A stretch of DNA of 60,000 nucleotides from positions 13,518,001 to 13,578,000 of the forward strand of contig CM052816.1 of the NCBI GenBank assembly GCA_028534125.1, given 5' to 3'. Below, in pieces: positions 49,636-60,000 of the stretch (the first letter of the stretch is position 1; every line of letters starts with the position of its first letter). Below the pieces are notes generated by a model. That model saw nothing but the letters and a program-made list of their open reading frames with translations. It was not told the origin of the DNA and searched no databases. The position numbers and the translations under genes were made by a program. The stretch is from Lama glama. Its lineage: Eukaryota.

Positions 49636-51895
49636 CTGTTATTGCAAAATATAGACTCCCTGTCGACAATGCAAAGTATAGACAAGCATTTAAAGTAGAA
49701 GGTCAGTGTCTTCTAGTAATCTACCCTCCAGCCTGATTGAGACTTTGATGATAAATATATTTCCAGACTGTTTTCTATCAATATATATATAGATGAGTCA
49801 AATAATATATTTTAACAAATACATGGTTCCACAACCTGAATTAAAAAAAAAAAAACTCAATGAACAATACTGTGGGCGCCATTTCTGCAAATACACCAAG
49901 ATCTCTCTTGTTCTTTTTGAAGGTTACATAGTACTTTACGGTATTTCTAATCAGCTTCCTATTGAACATTTAGATTGGCTCCAGTTCTTTGCTATTATTA
50001 TCAAGACTTCAATGAACTACTCGTTAGAGAAATATCTTTGCACTCCAGTATGTTCTTTAGCATAAATTGCAGGGTCAAAGGATATTTACTTTTTAAAGGC
50101 TTTCAATACATATTCCACAAAGGCCTCACAGAATGGTAAAACCAGCCAGCATGTCAGCCAGTAGCATCATGGTTGTCTTTCAAATTGATTGGCCCTCATC
50201 TCAAGGAGAGAGAAGCAGGTTTGTAAGGTCAAAGGTTACAGGCAAACTTCTGATTGGGGTTGGGGGGGCTGTCTCCATTCATATGCATCTCATCCCCCGT
50301 AGTTCTTAACTCCTTTATTATAGAAGTGTGTCTCAGGTTGGGGCATGGCGTGGGCATCTGTTATTTTAGCCTGCCTGGCATCTACCCTCTGCTGGGTTCC
50401 CTGATCTTTGTTTGGTAAACTACTCTGCTCGCATTTTATGAATACTCTTAAAACTAGCAATCAGGATGTGTTGTTCAGCCCGCAGATGGGCCGAAGCTAG
50501 ACTTCTGGAACTTCAGAAAAGAGAGGCAAGGACTAAAAACAGTTTAACAGCTCTATTATCCTGCAAGTATTACCCAGAAGATCCTTTCTCATTGGTTCCT
50601 AGGTCTCCAGAACTGGTCTGTTCTCAAGTCTTGTTTCTTCAGCTCTTCCTGCCTCACCCTGCAGTCTTCCATATGCCTTCATTATTATCACTGTTGTCTT
50701 TGCTACTGTTATTTTAGCCCAAGTTGTCAGAATTGATTTCAGACATTCTGAAACAACCCCACCTGTCAGGGGAATAATGACCTCTTTCCTTGAATATTTA
50801 CTTGAAAAAATTTTTCCTTGTTCAATTTTTGAGAGGAAGAAAAAAAACAACACAGAAACATATTTTCCTCTCCTAAAGGCCTCTTCACCTTCCAACAGCA
50901 ACCATTCCAAATTACTTAACATTTTATATAAAACGCTTGGTAAAATCTGTATTTTGGAAAGAATGAAAGGAGGAAAATCTCTGTCCCATAATGGATTTCG
51001 CACACACACAAAACAGCTCATCCTTTTGTCCACATGGAGAGGCACTGTTTTACTGGCTTTTCTGACACTTCCGGAATTCATGGTTGGGCTGTCTTTGAAT
51101 TTTTTTTTCAAGTAGATTTCACAAAGCAAATTTGAGGCAAGGGGACAGGATTTCCTTTGTACTCTTGTAGCAACCTGGAAGGAATTTGGTTTTTTCTCCT
51201 GTGCACCAAGGAGATAATCAGCCCCAACACTCTAGCAAGAGCAGTTTCATTTTAATTCTATCGTCTCTGCAAGGTTACAGGTGCCCTTGGAAATCATGAT
51301 TAACTGGAGCGCTCAGAGCCAGCACAGGGAGACGTGCTGTATATTCCATAGCGGCTGCCCAGGGTCCCTCCCATCAGAAAGGAAGATGATTACAGAGTTC
51401 ACCATCTCCACACTGAACTCCCCAAAGAGGCAACAAGGAACACAGAGTCAGTTACTAAGTGATCACTAAGATGGTTCTTGCCTCTCCAGGCTCGTGAGCG
51501 AGACTGCGTAGGAGGCAAAGTCAATTCTGGCTTCCCACAGGACAGGGCTCTTGGGGAGCTGAGTATTATTGGATTAAGTGACTTTTAAGTGGTGACTGGA
51601 GCTGCATTCTTAAGACGACATAGGATTAACTGAGATAACGTGCATAAAAATTCTTTGTACGGTGTGAAGTGTTATGGAGCACGAGATGTCATCACGGCCT
51701 TGGCCTCGCCAGTCAGGCTCACTGAACGACCAGGAGTCACTGACCTGGTAAGTCAGGGCAGAAGCAGCTGCACTGGGGGAATAGGGCAGCCCCAACATGC
51801 CCACAGCACCTCCTGGTGGTTCTTTTCCGGAATAACAACTTCTCATGCCCAACCCCACCCCCAGCTGCAGAAAAGTATCCACGCAACATACTTAC

Positions 51896-51932
51896 TCCCT
51901 TCGCTCTGGCTGTCTTTGTTCGAGTTGTAGAC
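51896..51932 (-). CDS. ARHGAP26: ARHGAP26 coding exon (~exon 12), 37 bp, VYNSNKDSQSEG+A, PH-GAP linker
   Basis: Minus strand reads ttttccag|GTCTACAACTCGAACAAAGACAGCCAGAGCGAAGGGA|gtaagt; phase 0 to 1; joins the next exon as A+CT=Thr. Confidence 0.96.
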
Positions 51933-52254
51933 CTGGAAAACAGAAATAACATTCACTGTGTGCATGCGTGCATTTTATACTATCCTACAGGTTCCCTGAA
52001 GAAACCCATTACCCTCCCGCTTTCCCTTGTTTGTGCTAGACAACGGAAGGCAATTTCTGGCCCCCAAATATAAATCCCTTCTAGAAGTTACCTACTTCCA
52101 GATATTTACTTCAGCTGTTCTCAAGTGTGTGTACATCAGAATCACCTCTGGAACTTTATTGTAAAAAAAAAATTTCATATTCCTCCTTTTTTAAAAACCC
52201 AAGCTTATATGTGTATACAAACTAAAAAGGAGAAAAAAATTTAATTAGTTACCA

Positions 52255-52430
52255 ATCATTAAACAGTAACTGTGCACCAGGCAACGTGCTAAGCAATTCA
52301 CATGAATTACCCCAAATTACGCACACAACAATTCTGTTTTTAGCACTGTTTTACAGATGGAGAATTCGAGGCTTAGAGGGGTTAGCTACGGTCTCACAGG
52401 CAGTCGGTGGCAAAGCCAGGACAAAGATAC
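52255..52430 (-). mobile_element. MIR SINE
   Basis: ccaggcaacgtgctaagc...ttttacagatggagaattcgaggcttagagggg. Confidence 0.72.
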
Positions 52431-52609
52431 ATTACAAACTGTTAAGTGCTAACACTGGGGAAGGAAGGGGACCAATCACTTTTTATTTTATATTCTTTTG
52501 TGAATTTGACGTTATAAGGAGAATGTATTACTTTTAGAATAGAAACCCCTTAAATGATTTATAGAAGTCATAAAAGGGGAAATGCTCCAACATAAAACAG
52601 TCATTTATT

Positions 52610-53122
52610 TCCTATAGAGTGCTGGAAGGTAAATATTTTAGGCTTTGGGGGCCAGGAGGCAAAAGTCAAATCAGTGATATTATATAGGTACTTGAAAAAC
52701 AAAAGAGAAAACAAATCTCCACAAGTTTTTTGCTAAAAACATTCAAAATACAGTAATTTTTTAAAATATAGGTATAAGATTCCTAGTGGGGGAAAATCCC
52801 TCTTAGGGTTTCATGACTCTCTTTTCAGAGATGCTTGGCTCAGTTCTTCTGGGGGTTGGTTCTCAACCAACAGAATCACTTGGAGTATCTTTTCCAAGAA
52901 GTATAATTTTCTGAAATACAGGTCTACTAATCAGAAGAATAGAAGTTTTTTTTTTCTTTTACAGAGGGAGGACAATGTTTAGCTTAAATAGAATTCAAAG
53001 TATTTCTTATCATCAAATAAACTGCAAATGTTCATCTATAAATACTGTGTTTAGCTCACGGGCTGCACAAAAGCAGGTGGCGAGCTAGATTTGGCCTGTG
53101 GGCCACAGTTTGCCAAACCCTG
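52610..53122 (-). mobile_element. MER58-family hAT-Charlie element
   Basis: gtaaatattttaggctttg...gatttggcctgtgggccacagtttgccaaaccctg. Confidence 0.72.
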
Positions 53123-53326
53123 ATATGCCGACATCATTAAATAAGATAATAAAGCCTCCGCTTTAAGGAGAAATCATAGTGCACACATCCTCTCTTCGTG
53201 CTTATGAGTCTGCAGGCATGAAAAGGCATAGGGTGAAGTTGGTCATAACTTTAAAAAAAAAAGGATATTCCAAGTGATTCTGACAGTCATCATGGTTGAG
53301 AACATCTTATTTAAACTTCCTAGAGG

Positions 53327-53418
53327 GTATCTCTATGTATACGCAAGACTGGGACATTGTGCTATACACCAGAAATGGACACATTGTAATTGACTGTACC
53401 TTAATTAAAAAAAAAAAA
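53327..53418 (+). mobile_element. Very short 5'-truncated L1 3' end with A tail and TSD
   Basis: tgtgctatacaccagaaatggacacattgtaattgactgtaccttaattA12, flanked by cctagagg on both sides. Confidence 0.8.
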
Positions 53419-54559
53419 CCCTAGAGGAACAGAGCCCCAGGCATGTTTGAAATGAGAACCATGAAATCCTAAGAGGCATTTTCACCTGCTATGAAATATG
53501 AGAGGGACGCTGGTCCAGAGTGGGCAGTAATTCCAGCTTGGCTCCCCAGTTGCTCTGAGTCCTTGGGTAAGTCTCTCCACCCTCTCTGAGCCTCTACTGC
53601 CCCATCTATAAACCGGAGTTAGCCACAAGGCCTTTGAATTATCAAACAGATAATTTGCCAAATCACCTCATTTTATTAATATTATTCATTTCTTGAAGAA
53701 AACCAAAGATGAATAGCCACTTATTGAAGGTCAGAAAGATGAGAACAAAATGGGTTGCTGTATTTCCAGCAGACAGTCTGATGAATGAAAAGGTATCACT
53801 TCGTATGCTTAAAAGTTCTTGTGATTACAAGTCAAAAAACTGATGTTGTCTTTTGGAGGGAAGAAGGCCAGTGCAGTTGGCAACCAGTGCTCAGCAGAGA
53901 AGGGCAGGGATGCGGATGGGACAGAGAGAGGAGCAGCGATGCAATCCCGCGGGGCCTGGTGACCTGTGAGGGCAATGGGTAACGTCACCAGGACCAGCGA
54001 TTCACAGAGAAGGGCATGTGCTCAGCTTGGACAGGTGGGTAAGGGAAGTGCAGGGGAACAGACCGTATTTGGGCAAGTCTGCTTTCCAGCCATCCCTGAT
54101 CACTTCATTCCTCCCATTAAATGCAAACACTCCAGCCCAGAGAAACATGCTCCTATTTCTAAACAGCAAAATCCAGAAGGAACAGCAAAATGCAGGGCTT
54201 TCAGATCTCCTTAATTAGGAGGGGAATTTGCACAAAATTACTTTCCTTTCATGTTTCCTGGGGCCTGGGAGGCTCCTTCCTGGAACACCCAAGCATTCTC
54301 CAATTCAAGGAGGTGCGATCAATGAGCCAAAGATGCCAGGAACCTGTGCCACTCGCTCCTCGGAGGCCAGGCCATTCATCTCTGTCTAGTTTGGGTAAAT
54401 GAGCCAAAGAGAATAAATTTAAAAAGAAGCTAACAAGCCATGCCTGCCAGGACTGTGTCACTACACGGCCCAACACGGAAGGCCCAGGGTAGGGAGCAGC
54501 CTCCCCCTCACACAGGCCAGATGGCTTTGTTGACTCTGCACTGACCCAGTTATCATCCA

Positions 54560-54690
54560 TGACATCATCAAACCTTTTTAACCACCTTATGGGTTGGGTA
54601 CCAGTGTTATTCCCATTTTACCGATGTGGAACCTGAGGCCCAGAGAGCTTACACAGTTTGTCCAAGGACACAGAGCTGGAAGGCAGTGTA
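54560..54690 (-). mobile_element. MIR SINE
   Basis: tattcccattttaccgatgtggaacctgaggcccagagag...tgtccaaggacacagagct. Confidence 0.8.
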
Positions 54691-55439
54691 CTAGTCTATC
54701 TTGCTGCTGCACGAATGCTCCAGTTGTCTTACTTTCCTGGGCAGTGGCAAACACACACGCCTACCAAGCTGTACCAGTAGTCTATGGTTTGTAAACACCT
54801 TCCACTCCCGCAGAAGCAAAAGGCATGCCACTCGCCCTTTAGAAACGGTCCATCTGTTCCAGGGAAACCTTTAAATCTCATAGTTGCCTGTGAGTGTCAG
54901 ACCGAGGTTCGGAGACAAGGGCAATTTCCTAAAATAAAAGGCCTCTGGCACTGGCTTCTCATGACTGATTAGCAGAGTTATCTCAGGTTTGTCTGCTTTC
55001 AAGTAAGCCTCGCGAGAACCTCTGCCTTCAAAGGACAGAACCCAGCTCTCCAGGATCAGTTCAAGGGGACGTGAGTCACTCGACAATTCCTGAATTATAG
55101 CTCCTAGGAAGAGTGAATCAGTTAATACAGCAACTCAACAACCCGGCTTGAGCCAAAGTCTATCCATCTTGCTTAGTCAGAGTGCTCTAAGACCTGGCCG
55201 CTTTAAAGTCTCTTAGCCCTCAGGCTTTATACAGCGCTTTGATTCTGGGATGTACTAGTTTCTGCTGAATTCCATATATGAGGATTTGTTAAATATCCAT
55301 GCCAATGAGTATCTATTTTCAAATGTATGCCTCTAGAGAACACAAATTACACAGGTTTATGTTACCAGGGTCCATCTGAGATTCATTAGGAAATCATTAC
55401 AACAGCAATGACAGATTAATGCAGACGATGGTGACAAAA

Positions 55440-55652
55440 GCCTCATTATGTGTCAGACACCAGGCTGAGCACTCTAGATGCATTATTGTGTTTAGTCCTC
55501 ACGCCGACCTAATGGTTCCCATCATACAGATGAGAAAACGGAGGCATTAGAGAGGGCAGGTCACTTGCCCAAGGTTAGGCAGCCGGAACTGGGCAGAACT
55601 CAGACAGGAACTCAGACAGTCTGTCTCCAAAGCCCATGCTCTTAACCACTAA
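55440..55652 (-). mobile_element. MIR SINE
   Basis: tacagatgagaaaacggaggc...tcacttgcccaaggt...ccaaagcccatgctcttaaccact. Confidence 0.85.
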
Positions 55653-56659
55653 CCACACGATACACAAGACATGACGATGACGATGAAGGTGCTGAGACGC
55701 CGTGGGCAGCGAGGGAAGGAGAGTTACTGGAAGGAAAGAATTTGCCCCGAGTCAGAGACAACATGAAACCCGGAATGGCCTTTTGACTCCAGCCCGAAGC
55801 ATTCACCACTAACCCATGCGACCAGCTGGCACCTGACGCAGAAGTAACACTTCATAATCTCTCAACCACAGGGCTCGATCCTGAAGATAAATGCCAGGGC
55901 AGGAAAAGTGGGTCTTTGATACAAATCACAGGGCACGGCAGTCATACGCGTCCTCACCCGGAAGCTCCAGCGGGAGTACAATTTAATTAAATCAAAGGAG
56001 GGTGAGGAAAGCCTTCATGTGCTCCCTCTGCACGAAAATGTGATTTTGCAATCAATTCTGTTCACTGCTGAGCCAATTCAATTTACATGCCCCTTGAGAA
56101 TTAAGAGAAACTACACAGTAATTTGGGTTCCCAGAACTTTTCTACGGGTGTCCTTTCTTACCATTACCCAGGCCTTACCAAGAAAGCACAGAAAGGAAAA
56201 AACTTTTTAACTTACAAATTAAAGGCATAAATCAAGCAGTAAGTAGACAAAGCAATCTGACTTTTCCCTCTGACCCACAGCTGCGTTAGCACTTGGCCAC
56301 GTCACACTTTGGATCAAAATCTGCACAAAATGAAAGTGTTGGAGAAATTGGTTTACAAGCAAACTTACTTGAAACTGTTCAACTGAATTCACACCTAAGT
56401 TTTGTAATTCCCGGAGGTCTCTTGCAAGGAGCCTGGAATACCTAAACCCCTCCCCCACTTGGCTGTTCCTCTGATGGGCCCGTGTGGACACACACAAAAC
56501 AGAACTGCATGCCAACACCTCAAAACACTGCCCGAGCTGGTTCTGCACCACTGGGTATCATTCTGACCCTCATCTCTGCATGACACAATGGATCACCATC
56601 ACTAGGACTTGATCTTTGAGTTGTCTCTGGGTCAGTAGTGACAGATTTGTGCCCATTGG

Positions 56660-56870
56660 CTGCTCAGGTTCAAGGTCCAGATCTACCAGTCATTGGCTAT
56701 GCAATCCAGTCGCTTCACATCTCTAAACCTCAGTCTTACCACCTGTCAAATAGGGATATTAATATTCCCTACCTCTTGAAGTTGTTGTGAAAATTAATTG
56801 AGGCACTAGATATAAAACATTTAATGCAGAGCCTAGACTACAAATTCTGTGGCCCACAAAGCATTTGATA
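56660..56870 (+). mobile_element. MIR SINE
   Basis: ctctaaacctcagtctt...ctgtcaaatagggatattaata...gttgttgtgaaaattaa. Confidence 0.8.
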
Positions 56871-57134
56871 AAGATGACCTTTCGCCACCATCACCACCCT
56901 CCTTCTCCTTCCTTCTCTCCACATGTATCCCCCAAAGGACAGACGGCAAAGGATGGGTATGTGGTTTGAGGGATCGAGTGACATTGGTCTCATTAGCATT
57001 GTAATTTAACCATCTGAAACTAATTAAGGGACTAAAGGAAATGGGATCATCCAAAGCCAACTTTTAGAGCCATGGGTTCTCAATTGTTTTTTGAGTAAAG
57101 TTAAATATAAAAGCAACCACTCACCACAATCACT

Positions 57135-57300
57135 TTTTCACTGCCAATTATGTGCCAGGCATCATACTCAGCATTTACATGAATTATCTTATTTCCTCCT
57201 CAAGCCTATGGGGTCCTAACATTGCCTCTACTTCACAGCATCATGTAGGTTAAATAACTTTCCAAAGGTTACAAAGCTAGCAAGTGGCAGAGCCTTCCAG
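57135..57300 (-). mobile_element. MIR SINE
   Basis: tatgtgccaggca...aggttaaataactttccaaaggttacaaagctagcaagtggcagagcc. Confidence 0.78.
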
Positions 57301-59119
57301 ACTAGTCTGTATTCAACCGCAACTTCATACAACTTCCCCACCCAGTCCCGCTTTCCAATGGAAAAACAAAAAAGCTTGGCGACTAACAAAGAACTCAAAA
57401 GAAGCTAAGCTGTGATTAAAATGGCAACAACACAAGCATTATGTAAGAACAGAATTCCTACCCAATTTAAACATAACTAATTCTACAAACGTCCAATTAA
57501 TACAAGTATAGCAGTCACTGAAAACCACGACCAGCTTGAGACATTTCAGGATGCCCAGAAAACATCCTTTCCCCAAAACTGCGAGCACAAGACAGCGGGA
57601 GGCAGCCACGCTGCCCAGGACCGAGTAGAAGGCAGATTTCTGAGCAGAGCATCACATTCGAAACACTCAGCAAACCCTATTAAACAGGCTAAATGTAGGC
57701 GCTTTTAGTAACGCCCATGAGAAGTTATTAGTAAGACACCCTTGGTCTGTGTAAAACCAATCCAAAATGGACATGAACTTTCGGATCCAGGAGGCCCTCT
57801 CTTGTCACGGTGGGCCACAGGGACACGTGGAAAACCTTTCAAGGATGAACTATTTGAATCTTAAGCATGTGGGGATAAAACCAGTGAAAAAGGATGTATC
57901 TGAAGTTGAGAGGCCAGAACGTGGGCATGGGGTGGGGGTGGGGGATTGGTCCCTCCTTCTCCCCTCAGAAACGGGCCAGTCATCACCTCAGGCCGAGTGG
58001 CACAACAGTAGCTGCCACCTTTCTCGTTCTCACCGGGTACCACCCCCTCCGGGGCGCCCTCTCCATGGCCACCAGCACCACATGCGCTGTCTTAGGGAGG
58101 CTGTTTGGAAAGTGAAACCAATAAAAATGTATCTGATGGCTCTTCCCAATGACTTGCTCCTCAACAAACGTGAAGACCTTGCTCTTGCCCTGTAGAATTA
58201 CATGTAAAGAGGTTCAGTCATGGAAATACAGCAGGCCACTCAGTAAGTATTGATCGGATGAACAGTTTGTGAATAGAAGAATAAAAGAGAGATGGAAATT
58301 AAAAAAGAAAAAAAAAGCCAATCCTCACGTTGAAGCAATGAGGACAACGCACTGACGCATCAACCAGGCAGAAAAGGTGCGCCAGATCTCTCAGTTCCCG
58401 GTAAGTGGATCTCATTCTTCTAAATGTCAAGGCAAGTTCTGCAGGAATATTTGCTTCAGAGAGAAAGAGCAAGACTCAGTTCAGGTCTTACTATAAGACA
58501 GGATGAAGCAGATGTATCTTACGTGGTGTAACTCAAGACTATCAAATGCCTCACGTCGCCACTCACTTCCCATGGCACACCGCTGGACGTTAGCTCCCAC
58601 CCAAACATCGGCAGCAACTGCTGCTACTAGTCCATGGGGTCACCAGGAAGGGGTTACTGCAGCTCATGGGACTGAGGCTCCCTCCCCACATGCACCAGAG
58701 GCACCTCAGGACTAAGGCAATCCCTTGGAAAACAGTCCAGCCCAAGTGAGCAAAATGGCCCCGCTCCCAAAGCCAACTGGATAGTCCTTGACGGCCCCTG
58801 AAGCCTCCTTGCTCATCAACACACCAGCACACCGGTGAGTAAAAAAATGACCACCTGCTGTTCAACACGATCATGACAATGACAATGGACAGAAAAACAA
58901 ACTTCCTGTTCCATTAGTTCAAGTGTTTTCTGCTGCTTTGTACCTAAGGCTATGAAGGGCTTTTTTACTTTTTAAATTTAAGGTTGTGTTTCTGCTGCTT
59001 GCAGCCAAGAGTTGTGGCAAATATAAAAGAAGCTCAAGTCAAGCTGCATAGGAAACTCTAGAATGAAGGCCAAAGAAAAGTATGCAATGAAGTAGAGAGG
59101 GAAAGAAAGTTCATGTCCG

Positions 59120-59400
59120 CCTTGAGTTTCCCCCTTCCTTCTACCTCCTGCATCCAGCCAGTGCCAAGATCTACCTGTTCTATCACTACCTTGTATCTTC
59201 AGTCTGTTCCTCACTTCCATTTCTTTTTCTACTGCCTGGAGGTCAGGTTTTGTCTTCTCATCTGGACCTTGACATTGGCCCCCTCCCTGTTCCTGCTGGC
59301 TCCTCTCTCTCTGCTCTGATCTGTCATACACATTGCTCCTGCCAGATGTGTGTCCCCAAACCACAGCTCTGGCTGGAGAAGGGCCACCTTCAAGACATCA
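59120..59400 (+). mobile_element. L2 fragment
   Basis: catccagccagtgccaagatctacc...tctcatctggacc pyrimidine-rich L2 pattern. Confidence 0.5.
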
Positions 59401-59769
59401 AAAGTCTTCAAACACTGGAAGAGCTGTCTGTCGTGTGGGAGAAGGGGAAGACTTAGTATTCTGAACAGAGATGAAAGTCAGGGTGGAGTCCCAGAGAAGG
59501 CAGATTTCAGCTGGACACAAATAACCGACAGTCAAGAGCTCTGCGTGGTCCACTAAAGCAGGGAGGCGGGCTCAGTGTCATTCTGACACACAGGGCTAAG
59601 GCCCGCTTCATCGAGCAGGGGGCCCTGGGCGCTCCTGGACTGACAAATACAGCTTCATTTGAGATATAACGGTTGTTAGCCTGTCCTTTCGCCTGTACAA
59701 GACTTGGACAGACTCCAGAACAAGGGGAAATGGATTCGGCTGAGGCAAAGTGGGATGGGATGGTGGACA

Positions 59770-59965
59770 GTGTGCTGCGGAACAGTGTGATGGTGGACTT
59801 GGCCTTAACGCCTGGTTCTGTGTGCCTTTTCACTACGTGCCTACAGATGGTTCTTTAACATGGCTGAGTCTGTTTCCTCATGGTAAAGCAGAGCTAAGTA
59901 ATAATATTTTGTGGCAGTATTGGGAGAATTAAAATCAGTTTTACAGTGCCTGAAAGTGCTCAAAA
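59770..59965 (+). mobile_element. MIR SINE
   Basis: ctgagtctgtttcctcatggtaaa...gagaattaaa...aaagtgct. Confidence 0.65.
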
Positions 59966-60000
59966 GTGTCATTTCCCTTTCCTCTACCTCCACCAAGAGT

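Larger units (their letters stand above)
1..60000 (-). other. ARHGAP26: Internal portion of the ARHGAP26/GRAF1 transcription unit (part of intron 11 to part of intron 17)
   Basis: Six minus-strand exons splice in frame into a recognisable GRAF1 RhoGAP sequence. No start, stop or adjacent coding exon was found in the window. Confidence 0.95.

Noticed and set aside
1..60000. Paralogue assignment (ARHGAP10, OPHN1, ARHGAP42), or a foreign or novel multi-gene system
   Set aside because: The peptides match ARHGAP26 as I recall it, and I saw no segment of non-mammalian composition, nested gene or retrocopy.

Overview
Mammalian genomic DNA lying entirely inside the ARHGAP26 (GRAF1) gene, which is transcribed from the minus strand. 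Six short coding exons (37, 66, 75, 88, 59 and 106 bp; 431 nt) have canonical AG/GT borders. They splice in frame to VYNSNKDSQSEG-TAQLDSIGFSIIRKCIHAVETR-GINEQGLYRIVGVNSRVQKLLSVLM-DPKTASETETDICAEWEIKTITSALKTYL-RMLPGPLMMYQFQRSFIKAA-KLENQESRVSEIHSLVHRLPEKNRQMLQLLMNHLA, which is the PH-GAP linker plus most of the RhoGAP domain (about exons 12-17 in human numbering, from memory). The other ~99% is intron, filled with MIR, L2, old and younger L1, MLT1, hAT/Tigger relics and microsatellites. Two tRNA-Ala-derived SINEs suggest a camelid genome (inference). Almost all ORFs in the supplied track are spurious or L1 remnants. I found no convincing new biological system. The best leads are an intact-looking antisense solo LTR with a 23-bp CCAAT-box array, and a candidate internal MEF2/TATA promoter in intron 12. 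Repeat subfamily names and the boundaries of old repeats are approximate and were recognised by eye.
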